Shown: positions 47,951 to 62,900 of the stretch, piece by piece
Layout: each line of letters opens with the position of its first letter
Numbering within the stretch: position 1 is the stretch's first letter
Assembly: GCA_900088475.1 (NCBI GenBank)
Contig: FLMG01000368.1
Coordinates: 1-64,000, forward strand
Source of the DNA: Hyphochytrium catenoides
Lineage: Eukaryota > Protista > Hyphochytriomycota
Length of the DNA: 64,000 nt
Direction: 5' to 3'
Notes under the pieces: generated by a model
What the model was told of the DNA's origin: nothing
The model's input: the letters and a program-made list of their open reading frames with translations, nothing else
Databases searched by the model: none
Made by a program: the position numbers and the translations under genes

Positions 47951-50900
47951 TTAACGAACAGATTGTTGCCTCTGTACCAGCTCGAACCACTGCCTTAGAG
48001 CGTCTGATAGTGCTTCCGGTAGCAAGTTTATGTCCCTGACAATCAGATAGTAGGGGAAAGGAAAGCTTTCCATGTAGGAAGAGACCTGCACCTTTCCGTT
48101 CACAAAGGCGACGGACTTGGTGTTCAAAATGGAGCTCTTCTCTTCAGGATGGTCAATGATTATCAGCACGACCAGCTGATTCCTCTCTTCCGCCTCGCGA
48201 ACTCTTCTAGCTATGCTGTCTCTTCCATCTTTGTCGTATCGGCCGTCAGAGATCAAGAAGACCAGCTGCATGCTTTCTCCTCCCGATGAGGAACGTTCTT
48301 CTCTCGCTCGGTGGAGTGCTTCGCTAATCATGTCAAGGGTTGCCGCCATGTGGGTTCTCTGCTGGGCAAAATGGAAGTTGCTAATGATCCTGGCACCGCT
48401 CTCGTCAGTGAAAGGCTGGTTGAAGTCTTGAAGGAGCGCTAAGCTCTCTCCAAAGCTTGTTACCGCGATATCTCCGACCTGCATCACGTGACGCCAGTAA
48501 GCCCTCCGTCCCTGAAAGGTTAAAGGAAGTTGTATTGCTAGTTGATTGGTTCCTACCTCAAGTTGTGACAGAGCCTTGCACACGGTAGTCATGGCCTCAA
48601 GAGCCAGACGTCCGGCATGGTTGTCCACCATAGATTGCGAGTCATCGATAGCTACCATAACCTGAACCAATTCCAAGGAGGCGGCGTAAACTATCGTGAG
48701 AAAGGTTGACCCACGATACGGGCAACACCGGTACGAGGGAGTGCACTAAAGACCCAAGGTCCATCTTTTTGAGGTGGTACCTGGTATGTTCTCTTCGACG
48801 GCTTAGTTCTTCTCATCCAAATCTTGTCTTTCCTATATTGGGAAGCAATGTAGGGGATTACGCGCCGCATGTTGAGACGCTTGCCGGTACGATAGTCCCC
48901 TTGGAGCTTGGTTGCCAGAAGCGGTTCCAGGATCAGCCGCAGCTGTGCAGAATTGGGTGAAATGGAGAGAAGAGGACGCAGAAAGGAATGAGTGAATGGA
49001 CAGTTAGCATCGACACGGACAGATCAGGACAGAAAGCTCGCAACAAAGACCAAGCGAGATGAGCCGCTAGTAAGTAACCGAGCGAAGAGTGGGTAATGGA
49101 GTAAAGGGAAAAGAGAACCCACAACAGAAGCCGCCCAAGCCACTCACTTGTTCGCAGAGTCTTTGAGAGAGATGTCCAGTGACAGCACAATACATTGACC
49201 ACAGGGCGGCACTCTCGTCAGAGGTGTAAGAGGGTTTTGAAGAGAACATGAGTTTGTCCAGCTCTTCCCTCAGCTGATCTACGTTCTTCCTTTCCCCAAC
49301 CGTACGCTCTGCTTGCGTATCCTGCAGTAGGAGGAGGTTAAGAGCCCGTCATGGTAATGGCGCAACAGGAACATAAAGCGAACGGAGTTATCTCATCACT
49401 AGATAGACAGAGAAGAGGAAAGATGAGCGCCAAGTGAGGAAGCATGCTTACCGTCGATGGCGCTGTAACTCCACTGTTTGTAACGATAGTCAGTTTATCT
49501 CTTCCGTCCTGCATGTCCTCCTCCTCTAGACCTGACGGTTCAGGGATGTTTTCTTCTGCAATCTGGGGCTCAGCATCCTTCTTTTCTTCCTCTCTCGAGT
49601 CTGTTGCTTCCCGCTCCTTCTTCGTCCGAGAGTTCATCTTGTCCTCCATTTCATCCTTTATTTCGGGCTTCTCCTTATCCATCTTTGGCTCATACTTCTT
49701 TTGAGCTTCCTCGGCCTTGTCATCCTCTTCCTCCTCCTCCTCCCGATCTTGGTGCTCTACAGAGTCAGTCATGTCCTTGGTTGGTGCCAGGGTTGTCTTG
49801 GTATCTTCATCCATTCTTTCAGTGAGTTCTACCGATTGGTCTTCCTCTCCCTCTCCCTTCTCTGCATCGTCGGCAGACTCTTGGTCTTCTTGGTTTGCTT
49901 GTCCTAGCTCCTCCCGGATTATCTTCAGTCTCCTCCTCCACTCCTTGATAGCACTCTCGGGGTCCTTGTAGGGGTTCATATCAATCTTTTCAGTGTCCAT
50001 CTCTTCTTCGCCGCTTTCCCCTGCTCTTCGTGACGCACGTGGATCCTTATCACCGTCATCCTCCGCCTTCTTTTCTCTCTTTTCATCCTCTATGTCTTCC
50101 TGATCATCTCTCTGGTCCTCCTCCGTGTCACGTGGCATCTCTATCTCTTCTGATTGCTGAATCCCCTCGTCTCCATTTGCCTGGTCTTCTACCCCGAAGG
50201 CTTGATCATTACTTCGCTGTCTCTCAGGTTGCGTCTTCTCTTCCTTCTGTTGTGGAGGCTGCTCCTCTTCGTCTGTCCTTTTTCCTTCTTCTTCCTCTTG
50301 TTGTTTCTCTTCAGGAACCTCTCCAGTCCCGCGATTTTCCAAGTCCATCTCTTCCAACCTATCCTCCTCTTCGAGTCCAGGATCCTCTTCCTCTGCGGCG
50401 GTAGGGTTCTCCACCTCCTCCTGCTCTTTTTCGCCTTCATCTTCTCCATTTTCATCATCGTTTCCATTTTCTTCCTGTTCCTGGCCTTCTTCGTCAAGGT
50501 TCATGTCCTCTGGAAGATCCTCAACGTGCTCCTCCTGATCGTCTTCAGGTCCCAGTGGATTATGATGGTTCTCTTCGTACGCACCTTCCTGGTCCTCGTT
50601 CACTTTCTCCTCTTCTTCCTCCAAATTTTCTTCTAGGTTGGCCTGCTTATCAGCGCTTTCTTCAGGTGGACTTTCCCCTTCAGGCTTGTCTTTCTCGTTG
50701 TCTTTAGAATCCTCTTGATCTTCCTTGCCTCGGACTTCATCTGGTTCGGGAGGTGCAGAAATAGGCGCGTCTTTCTCATATTTTTCCTGCTCCGCTATAT
50801 CATCTTCATCGTCGGACTCATCGCCCCACAGGCGTTCGTCTACCACCTATTTGTATACCAGAGTTAGACAGAAGACATTCACTGAGGTCCAACACGAAAC

Positions 50901-53900
50901 ATACAGAAAGCGCAAAGGAATGAAGTGGATGATGAAAGTTAGCGGTGGAGCTGAGAGGAGATCTAGTTGCCATCCAGTTTTGAGGAGCACAATCACCCTG
51001 ACCACCCGCAGGCTAGAAGGAGGATTTGACTGACCTCTTCCTCTTCGTCATCCAGCTCTCCCATCTCTCGGTCAAGCTCCTCCTTCTCCTCATCATCTCC
51101 ATCCTTCTCTTCATCCTGCTCATCCTCCTCAACATCTTCCAGAGTTCCTTCAAAGTCATTTTCCATCTCTAGTCCTTTCTTTTTGTCCTCGTTGGAAGGT
51201 TCCTGGTTCTCCTGTTTCTCCTCCCCCTTGAGTCCCAGTAGCTGTTCTTCATCCTCAATCTGGTCACTGACATCCTTTTTGCCCTCCCCTTCGCCCATTC
51301 CTGGCACACCAGTACGCAGCACGATTTAGGACGGTGATGCCGGAAAGGAAGAACGAGGGTGACCCGAAACTCATGTTAACATGGGAGAAAGAGAGAAACA
51401 AAAAGGATAGATTGATCAACAACGAGAGAGAGAGACAGACAGAGAGAGATACTGAGAGAGAAAACGAGGCAGAAGAGAGAGATGTTAAGTGAGCAAGAGA
51501 GAGAAAGAGAGACAGAGACAGAAAGAGTCGAGAGAGAATTCAATATAGTGAAAGCATATCTCATCGGCCCGCCATGTAGTACCTGTTCCTTCCACGTCAT
51601 CGGTAAATTTGCTCCCTTGTTGCCCTTCTCCGTCCTCTTCTTCGCCCTCCGGACTTTGACAAAAGCCGTGCCTGGTGAGGTTCCTGGAAACTCTGATGGC
51701 TATAAGAGTCAGCTTTGCTACTGCCTTATGGCCGGAGAGCAGGTCTAAGAGCAGTCCCTTGAGCGCTGAAGAGAGTAGAGACAGGAAGTACGATGAAGAG
51801 GCAATCGAACGAAGATAGAGCACGCTCTGGTCATCGTTTCGTCCAGCGGAAGACGTAGTAGGTGGCGAGTATTGAAAGGCCTCCTGCATAGCGGCTTCAG
51901 TTTTCCGAACTAGATTTCCAAGATCGAGCCGATAAAGGAAGCGGCAAAGGTCAGAATGCAGGTTAAGAATTCCAGCATGTTCAGGTTCTTCGGCTTCATT
52001 ATCCCCTCTCGACTCGCTTGTGCGCTTCCACTTATACAGCTTTTGAGCAACCAGCAGTAGCTCCTCAACGTACTCCCCGTACATGGCAGTTGATCTTGGC
52101 AGGGTAGCCTGGCGTTGTTGATGTTCGTGCTCCATCTCCTCAGCCGTTAGAAGACAGCTCATTTTCTTAACCTCAGTGGACTCACAGACTCTATCTAAGA
52201 ATTGGGCTACAGAAGCGAGAGAGCGCTCTATGACGGCCGCTTGCGTACCATTTTTTCTTTGTTGTTCGTCCTCTCGATCGCCCAAAGATGCCATCTGCTT
52301 CTGCGTTGCCCTAAGTACCTTTAAGTTGTCCTCCAGAACATTGAAGTCCTGCCTGCCGAACACTTCGGGACGCTTGCTTGTACGGGTCTCAAGGTCCCTC
52401 GTAATTTCCAAACGGGCTTGGATTCTACTTCGAATAGCAAGTAGAGTGTTTCGGATGGCTTGGCTCGGGTTCTTCTGGCTTTGCAGGAGGAGTAGAAGAC
52501 GCGAGAGAGAGTAGTAGAGCGTTTGCATCGTTTGCAGCTGATAAGTGAGCCAATCCTTTGCTCGGGCAGAAGAGAAGTATGGGCCACTTCCTCTATGGCG
52601 GTCCGCCACAGCTTCCTCGCCGTCGTGGGGTCTCTCCTCAAGAGATTGTAAGAGGTGAGAGAGTTGATCCAACTCATCTACTGCCTTCACAACATACAGA
52701 ACCAGCTGCCTCTGCTGGATCACAAGATAAAATAAATGTTCAGAGAAGCCCACCATCTTCTCTACCTCTACAGAAGACAGGTCTCCACTAAAAGAAGAAG
52801 AAGAGTCCGTTCTCAAAGCTTGGATTTGGGCAAAAGAACGGTAGAAGTAGTCGTCTGCCCTTTTCCAGAGCCAGTATTCTCCTGAATAGTCCCGTTGAGA
52901 GCGCTCTTCTCCACTCTTTCCGGCGTCACTAGTGTCTGTAAGCGCGGTGCAAGCAGAGATCAGTCCAGCACGAAGTTTCTCTTCAACCGTGGCAAGAGCC
53001 GGCAGAGAGAAGACTTTCTTGGGGTCTTTCTGCTCTAAGGGGACAGATGCAGAACGGAATGAGAGACCTTCCTCCTGAAATGCCTTAAGAAAGTCCACCA
53101 GCGCCCTCTTCTTCTGTGCCTTAGGGGCATCTTTAGCCCTCAGATTATGCATTCGGGACAGGATGGAGGAGGAGTACTCCTCACAGATCTCTCCCAAGGC
53201 TCTTCGTTTTTCACTCACTCTCTCGTCAGAGAGGAAGGATGACAAAAGCTCACGCATTCTCGACGCATAGCTGTGGGTCTTCCCCAGGCTTTGATGTGCC
53301 AACGTAATAGGAGCGGTGGTCCTAAGAAATAGGGAAGAAGTTAGAATACAGTAGGCATCGGAGCTTAAAGAGACATACCAACAGCTGTCAAGCTCCTTCA
53401 TCCTCTCAAGGCACCGCAGCTCGTCAATGGTCAAGCGGTTGGTGAGGCACAATGGTCCAGGTGTTTTCTTTTGTCCGTTCTGAGCGACCCGTTTGTTACT
53501 TTTTTTCCTCTTTTTTCGTGTTTTCTCCATCGCCTTATGATCTGTCTCCTGCTCTTCTTCAGGATTCTCTTGCTTTCCAAGCTCCACCTGGTCCCCCAGA
53601 GATTGAAAGAGCTTCAAGTCACTATCTAGAGCTGTGAAGGCATCTACCGCAAGCCCACCCTCAATAAAAGGGGAGAAAACGCCTTCCATAGGCTTGCTCA
53701 ACACTTCTTCTTCATATTCACGCACTAGCTTGTGCAGTCGTCGGTGGGATTTCTCGGCGGATTCTGTAGGCACGAGCAGTTAGTAACGAAGCTTGTCTGA
53801 GATTCGGGGATGAACCTTGTGAGAGACAGATAGATCTAACTTAGCGAAGTCTAGGATCTACCGATTGCGAGAGAGGGCTCTAGCTTGAAGAACCGTTACA

Positions 53901-56900
53901 GTCAAAGGGTCGCCCTCGGATAGAGTGGGACAACGAAGTAGCAGAAACGAAAACTAGAGCAGAGTGATAAAGACAGAGTCGAGCAAGCGTACCTGCTAGT
54001 GAGTAGTAAGACTGCTCATCCCACTTGCTGATTTTGGCATGCTCTTTTAGTTTCCTCTCAATGGGTCCTCGGGATAGACCGACTGACTCCTTCAGAGCGG
54101 AGAGGAACTGCTCGTAGAATCGAGAGAGATGGAAAATGAAGAAGGCGATACGCTCTCGCCCTTCTGTTAGCCTCTTAAGGTCCGGTGAGCTGGGGTTGCA
54201 TGTCATTTGGGACATCTACGGGGCAGATAGAGAGTGGTAGGGAAGGGTGAGATTGAGTGCCATAGGACAGAGGGATGCACAGCGCAAAATTGTTAAGAGA
54301 CATCAACACATCGTCGACCGGACTTAGCGACAAGGTTCTTCAAGAGTAGACTTACCTCAAACTGGAACTGTCCCCAGAAACTCTGTAGCATTTCCAGACG
54401 GCTTAGGAATTGTCCCACGGTGGACGATCGTAGGAACTGGTCTAAGGCTTCTGCAAGCCCTAAGAGGTACTCTTCATCTCCCTCTTCCACTTCCTCTGCC
54501 TCGTTCCCCTCTGGATCTCCTACATGTGGTCGCTTGCGGGGTCTATCCAAACTCCATAGTGCTGAGGAATGTAGATTAAGCCAAGTACGGAGAGAGTTCC
54601 AATGGTCTCTTCCTGTGCAGTCTGAACGAGAGGACTGAGAGTCACTTCCGCCCGCCAAAATCTCGTGGTAATTCTTAGGAGAATAGCGTTCGTTGAGGAG
54701 CCGAAAGAGGTCAAACCAAAGACGTTGGCTTGACTTGACGGCACGCTGATCGCAAACCTGCAGAAGCTGAGGCCAGGAGCGAAGCTCCAGCCTTCGCCAC
54801 CGCGAGACGAGGGCAGAAAGAGGAGATAGTACGGTGGAAAGGGAAAAAGACGATGCAGCTACCTCCTCCCACTCCTGAGACTTCCTTAATAGGAGCTCCA
54901 AGCCAGATAACACCTACGAAGCTGGCGTTAGGAATAGGCAACGAGATCGTGATAAAGAAGTCTAATTCTAGTTAGAGAGGAGCCGAAGGAAATAGAACTA
55001 GTGCTTGTCTTTGGGTTCAGAAGACAGAGGCTCCTGAACCCGCACATAGGCTAGGCATTACCTTTCCAAGTGGAGACGTGATTGGAAATCTTCTTATCCT
55101 GTCGGCAATCTTGGCAAGCTGATGCAACACCGCGTGTCCGGGCCATTGTCGCAGAAGATCGCCGACTGCCCTTAGATAGTTCTTGAGGGGAAGAGATAGA
55201 AGTTGGACTTCTGATGGACAAGGAGAAGAGTTGAAATCCAGGGCACTTGCTTCTCTGTCAGTCATAAATCTCTCTCCACTGCCCTCAGGAGTGTCATCAC
55301 CTTTCTCATGAGAAACAGGGAGAGGAAGTGCAAGGGCAGCTTTACCCTCAACCAAGGCTTCAAACGGCGATGAGATTGCGGAGAGAAGGACGACAAAGGA
55401 GCCGCTAGCCACCCAGTCAATGGACTGAGGCATAGTGCTGGCCACCTCGGCAAGCTGAGAGGCCATTGCTATTCCGTCCAGAACGTCAACCAGTGTTTGT
55501 CTCTCTTCTCGTTCTGCTCCTTTGCATTTCGCATCTGAATCAACTTTAGCGCGCAAGAAGAGTCGCTGGTATTGTGCATAGATGACTTGGATATCCTCCT
55601 GCGTAAAGGTTATTGTATCTGATTGATCTGTGTCACAGGGAGAAGTGGCAGAAGTAAGCATGGGCCTATACACCTAGGGAAGTGAGAATGGACAGTAGCC
55701 AGAGAGGAGGATACAAGAGGAGGATACTAACGCTGAACTGCCTCCCACCTTTTTGATTGTCGGAGTTGCTCTCCCCAGGGTTCTGACCGAGAATATCCGC
55801 GAAGTCAACGTTCTGGAAGTCAGGAAACCTCTCTCGGAATTCCCTCTCCTCTCTCGTCAGTTCGTCCTCGACTGGTTCTTCCTTTACCCTATATTTTATC
55901 AGTTCCCTTTCCTTCTCCTTTTTCTGTCTTTCCTCCTCTTGCTGCTCGGCCCAAAGAGAGCACAGCAAAGTGAAGAGTTCATCAGCCATCTCCTTACTCC
56001 TAGCATCCATTTTAGAGGTTGTGCAGTGTCTCACCAATCGTTGTAGGGCGACGAGGATGAGGGTCAGCTTCAGTCTGGTACTCTCTCCCTTCGAGATATC
56101 CTTCAGATGCCCAACTGATCTAACTTTTCCGTTAGGAAAATCCCCTACCAGCATCTGGGCAGTTGACGGGCTATAGAGCACCTTGGTCGGGGCCAGAGGG
56201 TGAGAATCTGAGAGAAAATCAGAGAATGTCGGGAGAGTAAAGCCCAACAAGGAGCTTAGTACTTGATACTGATCGTTTTGCATTTGCTTATCTCTTTGTT
56301 GAGTCAGGTGTTGCGCGGAGAGGCGTAGCGCCTCTCGGACGTCGTAGACGGACAGGGAGAGAGGAACCCAGATATCACGGTAGCCCGAGAACTCAGAGCT
56401 GAGGCGAGACAAGAAAGCGTCTACGCTAGCTTGCCATACATTCTCCTTAGCCAGAACTCTCTCTTCTTTGGTCCTAGTGTCTTGTGTCTTCTCATTTCCG
56501 GTGTGGGATGCGGCCAACAGCTCATCAAGCAGTTCCAATACTCGTTTTGCTTGCATTAGACTGCTGCTGAGCTTCTGCAGCTGCTGGAAGAGGAGAAGGA
56601 ACGATGGGGATGCGCTGCGGAGACCATGCAGAAGTATTTGCTGAGGTCTCTCTACTATCTCTTCTCTCAATCTCTCTAGTTCTCTTAGGGAGACGTCTCC
56701 TTCCTGGTGGATAACAGTACTGGTAAGCCTTGGAGCCTTTGGTCCTTCATGTACTCTCATGTAACGATTAGGAGAAGACGGATAGCCCTTGTCGGACAGA
56801 GAGGCCGGATAGCAGTTGGTCACTTCTTCGTGACACTTCGCCGCGAACCACTTTGTGAAAAGTCGGGTAAGTCGTTGCTCCTGGAGCTCTGCTCTCACTC

Positions 56901-59900
56901 TTGGCTCTGAAGTTGGGTCTAAAGGAGATGCAGGAAGTAGAAGGGTAAACTTCAAGAGTCCTACCAAGCATAGTAACCTAAGGGCATCCTCCCTCGGTAA
57001 CCCTTCCTGCTTCCCGTCTTCTCTCTCAAGAATTTGGACCATCGGCACCAAGAAGAGATTTGCCACATCTGGAAGTCTTTCTGCCACTTTCTGGACTGCA
57101 TCTTTAAGAGTAGAAATAGGTAAGGAGATGGACTCTGCCTCTGCTGAATGGATGAAAGAAATGCTTGAGCCAGCTCCTTCCACTGCCTCAGTCAAAAACG
57201 AAAGTACTTCCCAGCTGTCAAGCAGGGCTCTCCTGCACAGAATCGTGTGGTCTTTGGCACTGTCGCTCTCATTACTATCGGGAACCCTCATCTCCCAATG
57301 TTCCTGCAAAATTTTCAGTTGCTGCATTCTTGGAAGTAAATCTTGAATACTCAGCCCTGAGATCAGCAGAGAAGCTTGTCCGGAAACTTCAGTGCTTGTG
57401 GGGGCAGAAGAACACACTCGGATGCCGAGCTCCTTTAGAAGAGAGAGGGTGTATGCCGTCGAGAAGCCCTCGTTAAATCTGACTGGGCCATCTAGATGAG
57501 CGGGGGAAGAGTGAGGGGAATACATATTGTTGGTCTCTGATTGAAGGAGAGGAGGACTCAGCTCATGGCTGAGAGATGCCAAAGCAGGTAATCGCCACAC
57601 TCTCTTTTCCACTGAGAGGAGAAACATTTGCGTGGCCGAGAAGAAAGAACGGAGCCAAACTCTGCGTCTTCGGGCCTGCTCCTCAGTCATTCTCTCCGTA
57701 GCCCCTGAACATTGTCCAATCTCAGCACTCGTCATCCAGTCCGCAACAAGCCACCGCAACGTTAAAAGATTTCCCATGTGCTCCGGTGTGGCAAAAGAGC
57801 GTTGCTCTAGCACCGGCTGAAGCAGCTCGATAGTTTCCTGAATATTTTGCATAAGGGCCTCCAAGCTGCGCCCGAGTGCTACCTGATGAGGTGGCATGTC
57901 TCTCTTCTCGTACTCAGTCATCAGTAGAAGACTGACTAACTGCAGGAGTGACGCTATCTCTTTTTCTTTCCTGATGGCCCAGTGGTCATGCACAGCCCAA
58001 GTCTGGATGTCAGCCCAGCGGGCCAGTACACTGTCTGCATGAGATAGATGTACCAGGTTGTTCTCTATCAATTGCTCACTCTCGCTGACTCCCATGACAG
58101 CATCACCATCGTCCTCCTCCTCTTGGCGCTCAAGAGCAACACTCTGCTGCTTCCTGTCTTCAAGAAACTGCTGTCTCAATCTGCCTCCCCTTTCCTTGAC
58201 GATCGTTAGCAGGGCCTTTAATTCCGAGTTATTCCGCTTCCCCTTGTCTTGATGCATCCACCAGTAAAGTGTTGCCACAGCCTGATAAGAACGACGAGAC
58301 GATAAGTGTAACATTCCTCTAGGAAAGGGTAGGAGAGAACGAAACAGAGATTTGAGACCTGAGCCATTTCCGCCTTCATCGGTCCATCAATGTACAGAGT
58401 TGGATGGGTCTGACGCAAGAGCTCGGCAAGAGAGAGTCTCTGGCCACTATTGGTGCCATACTTATACTCGAATGATGAAGATGTTGCCAGCAACTCATCG
58501 TACACTTCCCAACTTGACCTAGCCATTTAGCAGAAGCAACAGGACAAGAGGAGCAGAAAATTAGATGAGAGTTATACATCAATGGCTAGACGGGTAGTCG
58601 AACAGCTCTGCGTGTGAGGAAGGCAGGAGGCGGCGTAACCCGCCAAAAAGTACAAGTCCATACTTTTTAAAAGGGGAGCCTCTAATGACGAGGATAAAAT
58701 CGGACATACAGACCTGTTAGTGGGTATCGCAGGATGCTTGCGCTTCCAGAAGGACACAGCCAAACGACGGTGGCGGCCCTCGCCATGCTGTTCTGAAGAA
58801 GCCGATAAGATGCTAACGAGGTTATGAGCTCTGTGTCTCAGTTCGTCTGACACTTTTCTCCTCTCCTCTTCCTGGCTCTTAGATAACTGATCGTACAGGA
58901 CAAGGCTTGCAATCAGGTTCTCTGTCCTCTTTATGCAAATCTCCACCGCGCTCGAAATCTGTCTCCAAAGCAGCAATTGCTTTTCCCATAAGCGCTCACC
59001 TGTACCCATCTCACACTGTTGACGTTCTACTATCATGGCCTCGCATTCTTCTCCAGAGTGAAATGCACCCCATAGCGAGTCGCGCAGATCTACCAGCTTC
59101 TCCCTTTCCTCTAGTATATCACTGGAAAGCTCAAGTGGTTCACTCATAGATAGTTGTATGAGAGAGACAACTGCGAGGAGTGACAGCTGTGCTGCCAAGA
59201 ATTCATCAATCGCAGTAAGAAGAGGGAAGAGGTATAGTACCGAACCCTCCAGTGCAGCTTGCACTTCTTGATATTGTGACAACCGAGGAATAAGGTCCTT
59301 ACGCTTGCCGACAAGCCCCTTGCTGGCGGCATAAGAGCGTTGCATGAGTGAAAGAGTGCCAAAGGCACTGGAGGAGACGGAAAGCGTCTCCTCTGCCTCG
59401 GAGTAGGCTAGCTTTTCTCGATAAACTTGGGGCACCCTGTCAACTTCCAGGTCAATGAGCGAACGCCAGCACTCGAGTTCCTTGAGTGTCGCTACAGTTT
59501 CTTCCCCTCCACAATACGATAGCCCGACGAGAAGGGAGAACAGTCCCTGGTTGTAACGGACGTCCCATGGACTAGCCTGTACAACCGCTGTAAGAGCCTC
59601 CTGAGTCAAGCTTCCAATGCTATGGCCAGCTGGTTGGCTTTCTTTGCTTAGTTGCAAGGGAGGGAGTCGGGCAAGAAGCACATCTCTTAGTCGTTGGAAG
59701 ACTTCCATGGTGGCAGAATTGAGGTGTCTAGCAGCAAAATACTCCAGCGCCTCACGGGTCTGTCTTGCCATACGTGCTCGCTTCTGAGAGTCTTCGCTCA
59801 AATTGTCTCCTTCGCACCTTACTAATAGGGTCTTCTCCAAACGTGCCAAGTTATGAACGACATGACGGAGTACAGAAGATGAAGAGTAGGCGAGAATTAG

Positions 59901-62900
59901 AGAAACTGCTTCCGGCATGAGCTCTCGCTTAAGGCGCGAGCGAGAATTAAGTGAGAGCGTAAGAAAAGGATTAGTTGACGAAAGGGACGAACCATCAAAC
60001 AGGGACGACTGGCACGCTAGGACATCTAGCATTGCCAAACCACAGCCTTGGTCCATTTTCTCACTCTCTTTTTGTCTCACTTCCTGATGGACGCTCTCAT
60101 GCGGCTGCGCGGAAGAAGAGGCGATAGTTCTCTGGACCAGGTTTACCAAGAGATTTGACTCCGCTTGCGAAGAACGTTGAAGCCACGCAGTCGTGTCGCT
60201 GAGGTCTTGTCCCACCAATGACAGTGGTTGTAAAGCTAGTGAGCAGACGAGAGGAGAAGTAACAGGGGACATCGAGTGGTGTCTGCTAGTAAAGAGGTTA
60301 GAGATAGCTCTCTTCAGCTCCGGTAGTAGACCTTTGTCCGACTCCGGCACTTTGTAAACCAAGCCGAAAGCTTGCAGAAGTGCTGCGGACATAGAGAAAC
60401 CGTAATGCAGCATAGTGCGAGTGAGAGACGCCCACCGTGACAAATGTCGAAGGTTGGGAGACGAAGAGAGAGGGGTCGACTGGGCTCTTTGGTCCGCCTT
60501 TTGGTGGTAGAGAACCATTAATAGGGCCACTTCTGGTTGGATCACGCCCCCGCTTTGCAATAACGTCATGCAGTCAATAACTCCGACATCTCTGCTCGTG
60601 CCTTTCCGGTTGAGGGGAACATCTACCCCTTGCTCTCCTCCCTTGAGGGAAGCCGGCGATACCAAGGGCAATGATCTCGCAATTGACGGGGAACACACTA
60701 CGGGCTGAAGGAGATAGATCTCAACGCAACGATTTCTCATCGCTCTGGAGATCTCTCCTTTCTCGGGATTCATCGTCAGAAAAATTCTGAAGTTACGGTG
60801 AGGGCGAACCACTTTAGGTTCACCGTCAACTGTCCCTCTCTCAGCAATAAGAAGCTCCCCTTGAGTTTCCAAGAGAGGGTTAAGCCTGTCCAAGACCGAT
60901 GAAGAGCAGTAGTTTACATTTTCAAGAAGAANNNNNNNNNNNNNNNNNNCTTCAAACCTGTGTTGAAGGCTGTTCACCGCATGAAATAATCGACCAAAGC
61001 TGCTATCCGCTCTTCCTAGGGCCTCCGAGGCCTTTCTCATGGCGTCTAAAGCATTCTGGATAATTGTCATGGAAACACCGTCGGGCGAAGTGGATACCCG
61101 CCTCTGGGCATCCTTCTTTTTGAGTAGCCAGTCTGCCTCCAGAATTTGCTGATTCAAAGCTAAAGCTTGATCCGACCCAAGCAGGGGCAGAGCTGTCGCC
61201 AAAGCCTGATAGAGCTCTGAAATCACACTGCGAATTGCCATCCGGAGGACCTCAAAACCCCGCCCGCTCTCCATTTGCTCAAAGCAGCCAACGAGTTCTG
61301 ATGCGTCAGTCCCACTGGTCAAAGGAATCTCGTGCAAAGTTTGACCTACAGCCTCCGCAAGCAGGCGGACTATTGTGGTTTTACCACTAGCTGAAGAGCC
61401 AACGATTAACGCTGGCCAGTTCCGCGCCACAGCATGTGCTACAGCCTCCATAGGCCTTAGGAGAAACCTGAGAAGATATCGACGATCCGAAGTACCTAGC
61501 TCAGAGGACCCCCGAGAACGATGGAGTATGGCGCGCCCGATTTGCACAATCTGGGGGGTCAGTTTGAACTCAGGTTGATCGTCTATGATTGGAGAAGATT
61601 TGAAGACCTGACGGTACAGCGCTACTACCGCCTCCCTGTCCTCAGCTGTTCTCATTCTCTGGAGGTACATCAAGTCCACAAAGTCGTCGGGTGTCCAGCA
61701 TGGCGAGGGCCGATCTCCTGAGTGAAGGGTTAGCAGCTCACACCACCGGAGCACATCGCGTAGGTTAAACTCCCAGGGGCTGCCTACTCTGCCATAGGCT
61801 CTCTTCTCCATGGTATCAACGTATAACTGCTGGTTGAAAGCGAGCATCTTTTCAAGTAACCCATCTTTTTCTTCTCCCTTACGATGACCAAGACCCGCGC
61901 TGTTGTTCCGCTGCTCTATGCCCTTAGCTTGAGATAAACCGGAGTTCAGCTCTGCCTCTATCGCAAGGTGCGGGAAGAGAGCGGTAGCAGTGAACGATAA
62001 GTCCTCTTCGCTAAGGCTGTCCATATGTACCTTAGAAAATCTGTTAAGAAATGAGCGTGGGAGACCCTTTCTTCCCCCTCCCTGCTGCAATGGGTTCTGC
62101 GCTGCAAAAATTCGAAAGCCCGGAGGGCATTCAAACCACTGATCAATCTCAGGAATATAGACTGTTGAACGATGGTCCAGAACAGAGTTTAGGCCTTCGA
62201 GCACGGCCTGCGGCGCCAGATTTAGCTCATCTAGAAGAACCCAGCTACCTGCCTTTAAAGCTCTAAGGAATACACCGTCACACCAGGCAAATCTTGGAGT
62301 GGAGGATGCAGAAGAAGCACCTGTGCCCTCATTATCTTGATCTGGAAGAGGGAGATCCGAACCAAAAAGGTCGGCAACGTCAGTCTGTTCCGATAGATTG
62401 ATACGGACTAGGGTATGGCCCGTCGCCTTGGCCAAGTTCGCAATCAAGCTTGTTTTCCCTACACCTGGACTTCCTTCCAACAGAATTGGCTTCTTCAGCT
62501 GCAACGCACGAAGTACACGTAGTAGGTTGACAGCAGTAGTGGGCGCGTTGAAGGCGAAAGGAATAGACTCAGGCATCGGTACAAGGCCATAACTAAGGTA
62601 GAAAGGAGAGATCCCGAAGCGAGAAGAGGACCGCTCCACCTCAGGCTTCCATTGTGAAGGCAACAAGGAAAGAGGAACAAACGCTTCGAGGAGGTAGCGG
62701 CCCCTCTCTAGGTCCTGTGGTGGCAACTGCTTTTGGAGCTGTTTGATGACGACAAGCTTCATTCCTCGAATAGTTTGAGGAGATAAGCCAGAGCCCAGCC
62801 CCATGCCATCAAGAAGAACCATACAGATGCCGTGAAGATAAGCCTGCCAGGGCTCTAAGTGGCTCGCATCCACAACCTCATTCATGAAAGAACTCCACGA

